From positions 310,001 to 374,000 of the forward strand of contig CM022678.1 of assembly GCA_012295275.1 (NCBI GenBank): 64,000 nucleotides of DNA, read 5' to 3'. The notes under the pieces are model-generated. The model was not told the DNA's origin. It did not search any database and worked only from the letters and a program-made list of their open reading frames with translations. The stretch comes from Chrysomallon squamiferum (taxonomy: Eukaryota > Animalia > Mollusca). The position numbers and the translations under genes are program-made. The stretch's first letter is position 1, and each line of letters begins with the position of its first letter. This document shows, piece by piece, positions 38,706 through 55,397 of the stretch.

Positions 38706-39248
38706 GTATCTATCTATATCTACATATATAAATATAAACATACACAGACAGGTATCAAACCGTCACGTCTGTTTTCCACACTCAGAGCAGTATTCGCTCT
38801 TTCTTAAACAAATCTATACACACACACACATACCCACATACACACGCGCACACACATACATACACACACGTACACGCACATATACACATATACACACATA
38901 CACATGATTATACATACACACACATACACATAGAGAGACACACACATATACGCACACATACACACTCATACACGCATAAACGTAAACAGAGAGAGATAGA
39001 TACAAAGTTGTAGTGATAAACCTATTTTTTATAAAAACAAATAAATCAGTTCACGAAATCATAACACTTATATATAAAAACAAGGAACATGTATAATTCA
39101 AGCAAGGCTAATGTTTGAAATTCTCTAATTTTATTTTATTATCTTAATATTATTTTGTTTTCTGTTGATTTACACCGCTTATCGATATCTTGTTACAGAA
39201 TTTTTAGAGAATAAATTACTTTCAGTAATAAACATTAGTACTGCTTTG

Positions 39249-39500
<252 letters not shown>

Positions 39501-40416
39501 ACACACACACATACACACACACACATACACACACACACATACACACACATTCACACACGCACACATTAATACGGTGCCCTCTGAGAAAAACGGACTTTGA
39601 CTAACCCGGATTTCTATGTAAATTTTAGAACAAAATAACAATTTATATAGTAATTAGCACTGTCAACTGCGGCACTGAAAATACACAGACAGAAAAAAGA
39701 AAAAAAAACACCCAGAGACGTGTAAATACCAGTCATCTCTGTCATACACAACTCTGTTATTCACTATTTCATTGACATATCTACACGCACACACGTGCGC
39801 ATGCCCGCACGCGCGCGCCCACAGGCAAACACATTGAGAGAATGAGAGAAATTTAAATACCCATTCTCTCGGGTTAAGACGAAAAGACAAATATTTATTC
39901 TTTCTTAAAGATATCTGTATACACGCAAGCTCACACGCACGCACTCACACAGATATCAAGATAGACTAAGAGATACAAAGTCATAGAGATAAACAGATAA
40001 ACCAATTCATAAAAACATAACGTTTATCTATAAAAGCAAGGAACTTCTATAATTGAAATAAATACTTGCTGATGGTGAGTTTAGAGAATCAGTTACTTTC
40101 AGTAATAAACATTAGCACTGATTTGTATAACAAATAGTCCGCAGACAGTCACAACTGAGGGAAATAAAAATGTTTTTTTGTTGATAACTGAACAATGTTT
40201 TTGACATATCAACAAAAAGCACAAACGATGATGTCACGTTCACATGGAAAAACGAATCACGTGATCAGTATATAACTAAAAATAGAGAAATACGGAGGTT
40301 TACAGATAACCATGTTTACATTTATCGGAATATTTTGATATTCATGTCTCGCTTGTACCAGGATGGAGACGTGATTTCCTGTTCTGTAGTCAACACAAAC
40401 ATCTCCAATTTTATAC

Positions 40417-40521
<105 letters not shown>

Positions 40522-41779
40522 ACTGCATTTTTGTTGTTTATCTACTCTGTATATATATATATATATATATGAGCGCAACTAAATTATTTACAATTTTGTG
40601 GAACAATCAGGTTGTTATGTTGATATAAATAAATATATATGTGTGCGTGCGTGTGTGTGTTTGTCTTTGTGTCTGTGTGTTTGTGCTAAACAGTATACCG
40701 ATAATGACACAGACTACACTGACTACTGACGGTAAAAGAAAAAGAAGAAGAAGAAAAGTGTCTTACCAGATGCCGCGAAACTTATGAGATCAAGGACAAA
40801 GTTTGGAATTCTCTCTGGTGACTTGTCACGAAATCAAAGATAAAAGCTAAGACATGCGGGCTGACACATTTCAAAGCCGTGTTAGTTTATTCTAACCGGT
40901 AATTAATGTAAGTGTGAAATTTAAAAATATAATAATAATAAAAATAAATAAATAAAACAAATAAAAATATGTATTTGAAGGTTCGTCATGGACTTTTTTT
41001 GCAGTAAAATGGCATTTCGGATGGTCAAACAGAACTTTAATTATCTCCATATATCGAATTTAAATGCAGTTTATTTACTGATTATAATTATTAATATAAA
41101 TTTATTTAATATTTTTCGTTATTTTATCTTTCCTCTACCTCATATATAAAACTAGATAATCTCAACATTACATACAAATACAAATTAGTGTTTTAATAAA
41201 ATATTTTTAGTTTGGATATGTAAAAGAAATGTATCTAATGAAACACAGTTTCATAATTAACCGTGTTTTGTGATAATCGAACACGTCATTATCTATCTTC
41301 GTCACAGTGTGTCTTTGTGAGGGTTTGTATCCGTGTATCTGACAGTAATTATGAGTGTAGTATATATATATATATATACATAGAATATTAGACGCGTGTT
41401 TTAAGTGCAGGTGTTAGAGATTAGGTTTTGTCTTTTGTTTACATATATATATATATAAATGTATCTGTGTGTGTGTATGTGTGTGTGTACACACTAAAAT
41501 GAGAATACATATCGTCTTTCATACATTAAAACATCCTACAGGCCAGTATAAATAATACAAGTTGTCGCTTCGATGGTTTTCATAATCTTCCAGTTCACTC
41601 GTTCATATCGTGATGTTTTTAAACCTAATATACAAAGTCAAACCACTTTCCATTGTACCATTGTTTTAAATATCAAAAAACGGAAAGCTGCACACCAAAG
41701 AATTTTTCTTCTATATAAATAAATAAATAAATAAAGGAACAAACAGAGAAAAACATTTGCAGTATTATTTTTACAAATC

Positions 41780-42610
41780 TGAGTACCGGCCCTGTCACCC
41801 TCACGTTAGATTATTGTGAATCAGTCCCTTGTTTAAGCTGACTTCAACGTGCAGAGTAAACAGAAGACGAAACCTGATCTGTAACACCTGCATTTAAAAC
41901 TCGCGTCTTAGATTTTCATTGAGGTGTTAAATTTAATACGTAGTCACGTTTTTCCTATCTCGGGTTCTTCTTTTGTCTTCTTTGTTTTAACCTGCTAATT
42001 CTCTTGATCTTACTTCTGTATTCACTGTTTATTTATTTATTTATTTACTCACTTATTTATTTATGTTTGTATATATATATCGAAGTTCTTGTTACAGTTC
42101 TGTTTACGTTAAAACGCATGTCTGTATGTGTGAAAGTGATTTGTATTGTAATCTATTTTAGAAAGATGAAATCACAATATTTAATTTTAGCACTGCACAC
42201 ATCATAGCTCTCTGCTTATAAGTGTTAGAAAACTGAAATCAATCTGAACAAATAAAAATAAAATAAATAAATAAAATTAAATGAAACAAAAATGTATAAT
42301 TGTTTTTCTCATCTTAAAACACTGAAGGCTCAGTACCGGCCCTGTTCCCCTCCTCTGTGATTAGAGTGAATCAGTCCCTTGCTGAAACTAACTCGAGCCT
42401 GCATAGACAAGAAAAGACGAAATATGATTAGTAACACCGGCATTGAAAACACATGTGTACCGATTTCCACTCAGGTATCATATTTAGTCACGTTTCTGAG
42501 GTATCAGTTATTTATGTTTTGAGGTTTCTACGTATTAATGATAGAGAGGGTCAAATAATATCCTTAATATCTGTGAACAGAACATTTTATACGAAGCATC
42601 ATTCGGTAAT
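41780..42610 (+). repeat. Two copies of a ~230-bp dispersed repeat; further copies at about 51990-52200, 52230-52440 and 52730-52980, and an inverted partial copy at 41390-41441
   Basis: Shared core GTGAATCAGTCCCTTG...ACTCGAGC.TGCA...ACGAAATATGATT..TAACAC...AAAACAC..GT...TAGTCACGTTT. Confidence 0.8.
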
Positions 42611-43271
42611 AATAATGACAACAACAACAACAACAATAATAATAATAACAACAAAAATAATAATTATTATAATAATATCAGTTATAGTAATAACAACAAC
42701 AATAAAGAAATAATAACAATAACAGTATGATCATTAATAGCAACGACACAAAAACAACAACTATCATAATAATGGCTTCAGACACCTTTGAGATCTAATC
42801 TGTAAGTTAAAAAAACAACAAAAAACAAAACCAAATTAAAAACAATAAAATACTGCCTCTTATTAACCAAGCATGATACGCCCTGTGCATTCTGCCACTA
42901 CGTAAAACACATATGTTGATATCACTAACATCATGCGCCAATGTTTATAGTTCCTGTCTATGAAATTCTGGTGGTCGTTTGGGATTCACTTCTTTGATTT
43001 GTCAGCCATGTTTAATTGGTAAATGCCTGTTAGACCACCAGACAATGATCAAACTGATTCAGTGAGGATATAGGTAAAGTAGCATAATAGTTGGTTGTTC
43101 CAGGTAAAATGCACCAGATCAACAGCGAACAGGTTTTTCGGACAAAAGAGAAAGATAATACACCGAAATAGATCTTGTTCAAAATTGTACAATTACATTT
43201 AGACGATTATCGACCCTTTTAGAAGAGATATAAATAATCAATAGCAGTGAAAAACAGGAAACAAATATAAC

Positions 43272-43309
<38 letters not shown>

Positions 43310-43456
43310 TCATACCTTTCCCTCTATATATTAGACATCTTTGTTTCTTATTATTAACGCTCACATACATACACGCAAACTCACATTGTTTTTAAACTCA
43401 TTAATTCAAAATATTTTAGTAGATATTTTATTAATTGGCTAATTAAAATATATACA

Positions 43457-43490
<34 letters not shown>

Positions 43491-44310
43491 GCTTGTCATT
43501 TCGAACTTTAGTTTCCTAGAGAAAATATATACATGCATATATACATACAAACACACACACAAAGGAAAGAAAAGGTCGAAATTACAAAGTGAGATCACCC
43601 ACGTTTGTTCAGTTAACAGCGACTAGGGGTGGGTGGAGAAAGAAAAAAAAAGGAAAAACAGAAATCTTGAATATGGCCACTCTAAGAAAATAAAGATAAG
43701 ATTGTGTTTCACTGAAGAGCAAAAGAATTGTTTCTTCTGCTGTGTCTACCTTTCTTTTTCTTTTTCTTTTTTTTTATACCTTTTCATGTCTCCATACTCC
43801 GCGTAAACTATTTGTGTTTTTTTTGTCAAATGATATTTTATTTATTTACTGAAGCGAAACATACTACATTGTTTGATGTATGAAAAATAAAAAAAAGTGT
43901 TTTATAATGACAGATTTATTCAGGAGTACTATATAGACAGCACTCCACACACAAGCATGATGAAGATGTCCTCGTCTTGTTAAATACAGAAATAAAGAAG
44001 ATTACAAATAAAGGAAAACAACACAAACGTACACTTAAACAATCACGTTTCTTCATACTTTATGTCAGTATTAAACACTCATTTCTCGATCTAACATATG
44101 AAATTAATCAAATTTATTTCGAGATCTAACAGTATATACAAATACTGATATTTCTAAATGTGATCTGTCTCGCTGTCTAACAAATTACAATATAAAAATA
44201 AAATATTTACTGATTGCTCAGTCCATGCAAACACTAACCCACAAATAATAAAATATACAGGCCCTTATCATCTAAGAAAAGAAAGAAAGAAACTTTTTTA
44301 ACATATACAT

Positions 44311-44387
<77 letters not shown>

Positions 44388-44647
44388 TGCGTAAAAACTA
44401 TTATTTTATGTCAGAGATACTATTACTATTATTTATTTATTTATTTACTTCTGAATTACTATTATTATAATCATTATCATCATCATCATCATCATCATCA
44501 TCACCATCATTATTTCGTTTATTTATTTATTTATTTACTTATTTATTTATTTATTTACTTATTTATTTTCAAAATGTGGATAATAAACTATCTGGAATCG
44601 GGTCTTTGTTAGATATCATTTACCACTGAAAATTAACATGTTTTAAC

Positions 44648-44700
<53 letters not shown>

Positions 44701-45849
44701 CACACAAACACTGGAACAATAAATCCTATCTGAAACTGAACGACGAACTGGATGGTACTGGATCTGGTTAAGATAAAAAACAGAAGAACATAATACAACT
44801 ATCAGATAAGAAAGAGGTTGGAATTTCGTCTCGTATGCCCAGTGACACCCCAGTGCTGAACACCTGTGTATAGTTTAACACTTTACATTATGTCTGTTTA
44901 CCGAGGCGAAACGCTTCATCCTGTTCTGTCGGGTTTTGAATACGCGCAGTCATACGAGTTTCAGAAAATTAATTCAGGTACAGGCCAAAAGAGGGTAGGC
45001 AGCAAAGAAAATAACTAAATATGTAAATATAATAAAAATAAAATAACAAAAGGAATGAACATATCTATTATTAGAAGTAGTATTATTCTACGTTTGATGA
45101 TAATGATAGGTATTAGTAGTAGTGGAGGAGTCAGTATTATTTATATTAGTAATACTAGTAGTAGTAATAGTAGTAGTAGTAGTTTTCTTTGCTGTACCTT
45201 TTTTTTTTATCTTTATAAAAATGTTTTAATTTCCCAAGATAAAATAGAAATATACGTTAGAAAATGATGTTTGTTCAGTTCGGGTCAAGCCACTGTGTGA
45301 TTTTTATCTATTATATATCATGACATTACTTTAGAAAAAATAATAAACACAGGAATATACATATTTACAAAACACTAGCGAACTGCATCTATTGTTTAAC
45401 TCAGGTCCGCTCCTGACACTGATAAACAAATATTTACATCTTCTGGCAGAACAACAGTCAGCTGATCGCGTGATTCAGCAGGTCCGCGTGACTGACACAG
45501 ATAAAATACTTCGTCATGAGAAATACATCTTGTTTAATTTAATACTGGATATCGAATGTTACAGTGTGTAGAGAGGAAAAACTTGGTTTAATCGCCTTGT
45601 TTAGTACAAATTTCAAAAATGATAATAAAAGAAGAAGAAAAAAAGACTCCTTACAATTTAGTCGTCCTGTGAAAACAGGTGTTTTGTTTTATGTTAATTC
45701 AGCTGCTAATAAAATGTGGGTTGCACTAACAAAACAATCCAAACAAAAGAAGATCAGATTTTGCAAACTTTATAACAATAATAGGATGCATTTTCGTTGT
45801 GATTATTATTGTACTGATTATTATTATTATTAATATTATTATTATTATT

Positions 45850-45900
<51 letters not shown>

Positions 45901-45901
45901 G

Positions 45902-45934
<33 letters not shown>

Positions 45935-47074
45935 TTGCTGGTGCTGATGACGATATCAAAAGACAGATTCTAGCGGCAAGGCTCGTAAAACATTGTGAAC
46001 AAATGCAAATTAATTTTCTTCTTCTATAAAAGAACCGAGATTTTTGTTTTCTTAATTGTTTTTTTTTTTTTTTAAGAACTGTAGAACGGTCGCAGTCCAC
46101 TGAACGCACTGGGTAACTAGCTACACACACACGCACACACACATGCACCCACACACACACATGCACCCACACACACACACACACACATACATACACACAG
46201 ACACATACACACAGACACACACACACACACACACACATACATACATACACACACACATAGTGGACTCACTGGTGATCAGCAATATATGCCGTTTTAGACA
46301 GAGCGGCGGTTTACAAATATTAAACCTGAAAGTGGAATGTTTTATTAGAAATGTTACAGTTAAACGGCTATCGAGTTTCAGCGTAGAAATGGTTATCAGT
46401 TAAGACTGGTTTATTTTGTTGTTTTTTTATTTATGTTTTTTATTTTAATATTATTATTATTATTTTTTTTTTTATATGTATTTCTCTCCAAAGCAATCTC
46501 CTCTATTATTATTAAAATCGGTTGCAAAAGCCTGCTTTCGGTAGCAGCAGCAAAAGATTCAATTTGTGTTATCATTTCACGAACATCTGTAGACGAAAAA
46601 TCGGTAACTGATTCTTTCTGTGTGCGCGCTAATCCTTTCAGACTTTTTAATTTGTCGGTCGTTGTTCTCTGCTGAAGTACTGGTTTCGTACAACTGCCGG
46701 TAATGGTCGCTATGTTTTAAGATGTCAAATATTGTTTGTCTTCACATTTGAAATTGCACAGTCAGAGTTAACGCGAGACTGCGACCTGGACGAAATACTC
46801 GTCCTTTTATACTGAACTTCGCCTTACTTTTAACTCACGACAAAGCCTATGTCACCGAGAAAACAGGACAAATACCTGCTGTGTTATTTTTAGTGTGAAA
46901 ATCAGCATCGTTCAATTATTGTCAGTTTTAGTCATATTTGTGTCATATTTTTTTTAATTTTTTTTTTTCATTTTTGTGTTTCTTTATTTATCTATTTATT
47001 TACATATTATTACTATTGGTATTTCTGATGACGACGTTATTATTCACAGTCTGTGTTTAACAATAAGAACCCCC

Positions 47075-47168
<94 letters not shown>

Positions 47169-48243
47169 AAGTCAGTTCTAGAAACGTTGAGAAATTACGC
47201 AGGTGACAGCTTTCCTCTACTTTTTATGACTAATTTCTGTACAATAGTTGATTTGAAGAAATATTGAATAAATAAACTGTTTTAACTAATAGTATCATCA
47301 GAGAAACACTCTGCATCCCTCTCTCTCTCTCTGTGTCTGCCTGTCTGACTTTCGTACATTTAGTAAAAATGGACATAATAACAGGTCTGTTAAAGACCAA
47401 TTAACAATATATGCGAATAGCGAACGAACTTAAAATCTTACTACTAGTACTACTACTACTACTACTACTATTAATAATAATAATAATAATAAAAATAATA
47501 ATTTAAAAAAGAAAGAAACAAAAGAAGTAAAAGAAAAAAGAGAATAAAGTAGAATTTTACATAAACACAAGCTGTGTAATAAGTTTAAATGAGTAAATAG
47601 TAGTATTGTCTGTCGTGCAACTAAATTTATTTCCCAATCTAACACAATTAAGTTATCTTTCTGGTTTTTGGAACTTGTGTATGAAAAATTTAATAATTAT
47701 ACTGTGTCATATACTTGTATTATTTTCTATTTTCTTTCTACTTGGTTTATTGGAACTAATTTGGCTGTTCTACATAAATGTAGATAATTTCGTATTTAAT
47801 TAATGTTAGGAATATTTGTAGAAATCAATTTCAAAATTGTTTTCTATTTTAAAAATATGGCATCTTGTTTCTTCTTTTTTTTTTTTTTTTGTTACTTTAT
47901 AATTATTTTTCTTCTTTAGTGTTTCTTTTTAGATCTGTTACTGACGGATAATTTTACTGACTTTTCGAGAAGTAAATTGTTATAAATGACCACAAGTCAA
48001 TTGCGATATGAAAATCGTTTCTCCCACAGTGAAATATTTCTTACCTGACTCTCCACTCACCTCTGTTTATAATAATAATGATAATTATAATAATTATTTC
48101 TGTCTTCATCATCATAGTAATCATTACAATAACCACAAGATATTTCTTTTTTATCCTTTATCTATGCGATGTTTTTCTTTCTTTCCTTATCTTTTATTAA
48201 TTAATTAATTAATTAATTTAGTTAGTTACTTAGTTGGTTATTG

Positions 48244-48279
<36 letters not shown>

Positions 48280-50465
48280 ACTAAGTTATAATGAAACAAA
48301 ATAATATAAAAAGAAATTGTTCAATTTAATATTAAATAATAAATATATGGCAACCATAATATTTTAAATAAATAAAGTGCAAATGTATAGTTTAGTTTAC
48401 TTACTGAAACATTAGTCTTGATCATTACAGTAAAGTTATTAATAACTGGTCAGTAAGAAAAATAAAACCAAACATTATCTACATTTAGTAGCAAAATGAA
48501 CATTTGAAATACCTGGCATTAAAAGTTAAATTATGCAAATAATCATTTTAACTGTGAAATAATAATAAAATAATGGATAATTTCTCCCGCCCACCTCGAC
48601 AAAAAAAAAAAAAAAAAAAAAAAATCACATTAAATAAGAAGTTATCTCCCCTTAGACCAGCTTCATAAATTAGTACATGTTAGTAACAAAAATTACTGCA
48701 GTAAATACATTACAAATGTAATGACTGGATTATAATGTTTAGTACTGATAACCATTGTTAATCAGTTAAGAAATTTGAAAAACAAAGTGGAAGAAGAAAA
48801 AAACAATAATAATAAAATGATGATTTACAATTTTCAAACTGTTTTGCTATCTTACCTATGTTATAATAATAGTAATAATAATAACAGTAATAATCAATTT
48901 TTATAAAATATTAATTTTGTTAAATGATGATAAAATGTCTATATATTCATGATATTGTAAAATAAATAATAATAAAAGATAGCATAATCTATTTAATGTT
49001 GTTAATTGCCAAGCAGCTAAATCAAAATGCAAACACCAACAACTAACCTTAAATGGATTCTAAGATATTCTGAACATGTGTTATCACATGGATAAAAATA
49101 TTCTTGCAAGATAAATAATGAAACAACTAGACATGAAGAAAACTGAAATATTTGGGAAATATTATTTATATGAAATGTAACTATGTGACATCTATTTAGG
49201 GACTGAAAAAAAGTTTTATTTTATTTTTCTATTTTATTTTTGCTATTATGTAACCATCCATGTTACTTACTGTAATATTTAGATGACAAGTATTGAATAT
49301 TACAAATGTGCAGGACATATTTGTAACATTTTTAATATTATCAGTGTTTTCTTGTGCTTGTTTATATTATTTTTTATTTTTATTATTTTTTTTTCAGTAT
49401 TATTATTATTATTGTTCTTGTTGGTGCGTTGTTGCTGTCTTTTGTTTGTTTTTTGTTTGTTAGGTTTTTTTCCGATAATGTAGACACTGCTGTATTTTAT
49501 CCCATTCATTTTCTTTTACATTTTTATTTATTTTTGCATTAGCATGTATTAGTTGTATTATTTATTACACTGTATGTTTTCCGGTGTATGTAACAAAAAA
49601 AGAAAGAAATAACGAAAAATAGAAATAGATAAATAAAAAGAAATAAGTGAAGCAGATAAATAATTAATAATTTAAAACAAAAATACTACAATGATCAGTA
49701 TAAGTATTACGATTTGAACGTTTTTGTTGTGAATATATATATATATTAACCATAATAAAGGTGATATTTGTCACATCGGTCGTCTGATCGCTTTGACTCA
49801 GAATATGTACAAAACAAAAAGACTGTCCCACATTTTGTGTTTCTCAATTCCATTGCAAATTTCATGATCCGAGGTCACCAGTATGCTGTGTGAGAAATGT
49901 ATATAAATAGTTCACAGAGAAAATAAGTAATGACAAATTATATAACTCTTTGTTTCTGTAACAGGTTCAAAATATCCGTTACATTACGCTTTACAAATTA
50001 TACGTATAAAAATTGTGCATGCATCAACGGTCGCTCGCATTTCGAGTTGTAGGACGTCAGATTTCAGTCACGTGGTTATCAGCAGACACGTTTATTAACA
50101 GCGACACACAGAAATTATTTCAGTGACGTGTTGTCAGCTCCAGTAAAACCACTCACAAACAAGGACGTATTTTGTGTAAGCAGACAGCCGTTTTGAGATT
50201 TGAAGGTAGTTTGCATTGCACTGTGACTTAACATATACCGTGCTATTATTTGCTTAAAATAAATCAGCAATATTGAACATGTAATATATTTTATTTATTA
50301 ATTAATTATTTAATTCATTTATTTATTTATTTTTAGATTCCTCACTTAAGTGAGCAACAGAAAAACCGTAGAACAGAAATTAGTCCTATCTACGAAGTCC
50401 TCGACGAGGTAGTTTTTAAAGGTAGGCAGCCATATTGTGTGTGTGGGTGTGTGTGTGTTTGTGTG

Positions 50466-50535
<70 letters not shown>

Positions 50536-51235
50536 TGTGTATGAATGGATCATTAATAATAGCCCTAGATGTAATAGTAGAAGTCCCAGTAGTAATTGTA
50601 GTAGAAGTAGTAGCAAATGTTTTAGTAATAGAAATAGTAGTAGTAGTTTTTTATACAGATTCCATTATCATCACCATTATCATAATCATTATTCTGATAT
50701 AGTCGTATGTATTTTTAACGGCTTATTCTATATTTTTTACCTCTGTGTTATTTTGTTTTATTTAATTTATTTATTTATTTATTTGTTAGTTTAGTATAGG
50801 TTAAGATCTGTGATGTGATAGCATTAAGGTTAGGGTGATAGTTCGAGTGCTATTAGGATAAAAATACACTCTGAGATAAAATTAAGATGATATTTATCAC
50901 TGGTTCAGACAGACAGATGTAGAGTTATGATTCAAGTAAGTAATGTCAGAAACGTTGTTGTATTTGGAGTTAATTCAGGTTTGGAATTAGTGTTGGTTTA
51001 AGATTAAATTTAACGTTAAAATTACTAATTCCTTTAAACAGTTTCATGTCAAAATAGTATCCTGTATAAATAATATCCTGTTTAAAGACTATCCTGAATA
51101 AACATTATCTTCTACGAGTCATCAGTCTGTGAATGTGGAAAACCTGTTTTTAAACAACATTACAACTAACTAAACACCCTCTTCTGCCAACCTCTTACTA
51201 CCCTCCTTGTGTCCTTGTTTCAAATATCAAAAAGT

Positions 51236-51272
<37 letters not shown>

Positions 51273-51989
51273 GCAATAACTATAATAAAAATATCAAAAT
51301 AATATGTAAATATTATGTAGCTCTCTTATATATGTAAAACCTGTGCAATGAATCAAAGCTTTACAGACAGTGAAAAGAAGACTAGAAAAAATCGGTTGTT
51401 ATTTCAAAACTTATGAACATTAAATGTTAGTGACATAGGTCATTTTGACCCCGTGGTTATGATGTTGAAAATGAAAACAATCATTTAGTGAGTTAGCTGA
51501 GAAACTGAGTCAAAATCATTATTTTCTCCGAAGTCATAGTCCCAGTATCAAGATAAGATAATTTTGTGTAGATTCTTGTCATGTGTATTTATTTATTTAT
51601 TTATTTATGTTTTACTGTAACTCTCTCTCGCTCTCTCGCTCTTTCTCTCCACAGCTAGAGACAAAAGCAAAACTATGAACACAAAATAATTTGTTTTCTA
51701 TTTTCTTTTCTAAATAAATAAATAAACATATAAATAAATAAATATCTGCAATATTATTGAAATAATCCACTATTTATTAATAAGTAAATTATATAGTATT
51801 GGTAGTAATGTTAATAATAATATAGCCACGAAGTTCATTATCTAATTAATTAATTATTAATATTATTTCCCTATCTAAGAAAGTGTTAAGGTATTTAATA
51901 TTAATAAAGTTTTCAGTATTGTTGTGAGATTTCTCTCTCTTTGTCTGTCTGTCCAACCATGTTTCTCAATTTAATTTCGTTGTTTGCAC

Positions 51990-52603
51990 GTATCAATGAA
52001 ACAGCGTGTACTGAAAAGAAAAGACGAAATATGATTTGTAAAACACGGATTTACAGATATCCTGTCAGGTATCAAGTTTAGTACCTCGTCATGTTTCTGA
52101 GGTATCAGTCATTGCGTTTGGATATTTGTAGATATTAATGAGAGAGGAGATCAAAGAACAACTTTCTTATCTGCGAACAGAACATTTTATACAATGTGTC
52201 ATACGGTAATAATAACAATAATAAACTTTGATTCTTGTGAATCACTCCCTTGTCCAAACTAACTTAAACATGCACAGTACACAAAATACAAAATATAATC
52301 TCTTAAATCAGGATTTAAAACACGAGTCTAAGATCTCTAGTCAGGTATCAAATTTACTATGTAGTCATGTTTTCAGTATCTCGGGTGTTTCTTTTTATTT
52401 ATTTTTGTTTTTGTTTGTTTTAACCTACCAATTCTCTTGCTCTTTCTTCTATATTCATTATATATATTTAACTCAGCATTTATTTATTTATTTTTGAATT
52501 TTTCTTTACTTATCAACAAAAATAAATATATAACAGTAATAAGTACATACTTTATTTCTGTAGTCATGTTACATTTCGTTTCGTTGTTCATATGTGTGTT
52601 TCT

Positions 52604-52658
<55 letters not shown>

Positions 52659-52980
52659 ATTGTATTGCAAACTGACTTAGAAAGATGACGTCACAATATT
52701 TATATTTTGCACTTTAAACATCATTTCTCTGATTATTGTGAATCAGTCCCTTGATCCCACTAACTCGAGCGTGCACAGCAAACAAAACGCGAAATATGAT
52801 TTGTATCACGCGATTTAAAACACGTGTCTGCAGATCAGGTGAGGTGTCCAGTTTAGTATCTAGTCACGTTTTTGAGGTTGTTTATCATTACGTTCTATTG
52901 TTTGTACGCATTAATGAGAGAGCGAGATAAAGTATAACCTTCATATCTGTAAATAGAAGATTTTAACATTGCGTCATAGA

Positions 52981-53062
<82 letters not shown>

Positions 53063-53260
53063 TGAATTATCGAAGTTGTTGTTACTGTTGTTACGTTAAA
53101 ATTCGTGTGTTCAAATCTGTGTGTGTGTGAAATTGATTAATATTGTAAACTGGTTTAGAAAGGAAACGTCACAATATTTATTTTTTGCACTGCAAAAATC
53201 AAATACTTTTGCTTATAGGTACGAAGTAGTAACAAAAAAGACTGAAATAAAATCGAACAT
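51990..53260 (+). repeat. Tandemly rearranged duplicate of the 41.8-42.7 kb segment
   Basis: Contains the same ~230-bp repeat copies plus shared flanks (TCGAAGTT.TTGTTAC.GTT; TCACAATATTTA.TTT.GCACTGCA). Confidence 0.75.
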
Positions 53261-54030
53261 ATAACTCACTAACTATATAAAAAAAACAAAATAAAACCCA
53301 AAATATGTGGTTTTCGTCCTCATCCTTAAAAAACCCCATTGAATCCTCATTCCCTTGCTCGAACTAACTGGAATTGGAAACGGCAAATAATATAACGCGG
53401 TATCAGTAGTATTATATTCAATACCCGTTTAACAACATTTCCAAAGTATGAAACAATGAGAGTATCTGCAAAGGTTTCAAATTCTCCTTGTTAACAACTC
53501 AACCGTGAACACGATTAACATGCGATCTAAGTAACTGTAGAGCTATAAATACAGTAAAAAACCCCACAAAAACCCACAAAATAACAACTCAATAACAGCA
53601 ACAACAACGTAATAATAATAATAATAAAATGAAAAAAAAGAGGAAAATCAAATAAAAAATTAATAAAATTGTATTGATGAGATCAAATTAGATGAAGACA
53701 AAATAATAAAAAGAAGCAAAACGAAGTACAAAATTATAGTCAGACTGATGGTTACGTACATACATACATACACAGATGCCGCGAGAGATAAATGTACATA
53801 AAAAGTAAAAGCTTCTTCGATATCACTTAAAAGATTTGGCTGATCTGTTTAGAAACAGATTTTACAACAACAGACTGAACAAAAAATGTAATTTAAAAGA
53901 TTCTTTACCAGCCAAGTCCCATAGATTGTAACAGCAGTGAAAGATGTGTGAAGAACCTAAATGTGCTTGTAGTTTTAAAAAATGTTCTGATTAATTTAGT
54001 TTCACACATTTGTTATTTTATTTATTTATT

Positions 54031-54093
<63 letters not shown>

Positions 54094-55036
54094 GTCTAAC
54101 TTTGTTATGTATAATGAAAGGTCGCTCTAAATAAAGAAATACAAACTTGGAAGTATAAATAATTTTACTAGACAGTGTCTGTTCTTACTGACACAGACAA
54201 GTTCACTTTAAAGTGGAAGAAACACTGGTGTATACTGGTACGACAAAAAGTAAATGTATTGTTCTATTCACAGTTATATTCACTGTTAAAATTATATGCG
54301 TTTCAAACTGGCACATAATTTAATTGAGGAATAAATAAATAGAAAAGTGAACGAATGAAGAAGAAGGAGATGGAAATATTTAAATCAGTGAGAAACTAGG
54401 CGCTGGCTTTCCTACCCCAGGGACGCTGCTGGATTTGTTGTCAAGACAACGAGGTGAATATAATGTACCCGAAATAAAAAGATTGCTTAGCATGACTGAC
54501 CCCATGATCCCAAGAGATTTGCGTTTTACTGACGTGAATTAGCTATTTATAGATAACTGTTATCTGATGAATCGAGAAGAAAGAAGGAAAGAAAAGAAAG
54601 GAACGTTAAAAGAAAACCTTTCAGTACGAGATCTGTTGTATGCATCCAGAGTCGTGTTCAGTATAGCAATAACTGATATCAAGCCTCACGTTAGCTGCGA
54701 AATATAAATGAATACATACATAAATAAGTAAACTAAGAAAGAAATAAAGAAAGAAAGAAGGACTTAAATAAATTCAATCTGATATTGCACATAATTTACC
54801 ACAACAATAAATAAATAAATAAACAAATAGAAGAAAAAGAAAAAGAGTAAGAAAATATTGATGTGAAGGAGATACTAGGCCATGGCTTGCCCAACTCGTG
54901 GACGCTCCTGGACAAACCTTTTACTACACATTGCTATTAGTAGTGATTGCTGGTGGTTTATTTCACAGTATCTGATTAACGATTTTTCTTAATTAAAAAC
55001 AATAAATAAATAAATGAAATAATAATAATAATAATA

Positions 55037-55069
<33 letters not shown>

Positions 55070-55361
55070 ATGATAATGTTGATAATAAATAATAATAATA
55101 ATAATAATAATAATTAGCCAGTTTTTGAACTGTACATGCTATTTTCTTTGAAATAATCATAGCTTATTATAATTATGTATGCATATCATGTCATATTTAG
55201 ATACTGCTAAAATGATATGGTAGTCAGCTGTTCTGAAGATGTGAATAATAATAACCACAACAACAACAATAATAATAATAATTACAGATAAAAGTAAATA
55301 TTGTTACTCTGTTCAGAATGTGTAATAAAAGTTATTAAATTATTTATTTATGTATTAGTTG

Positions 55362-55397
<36 letters not shown>

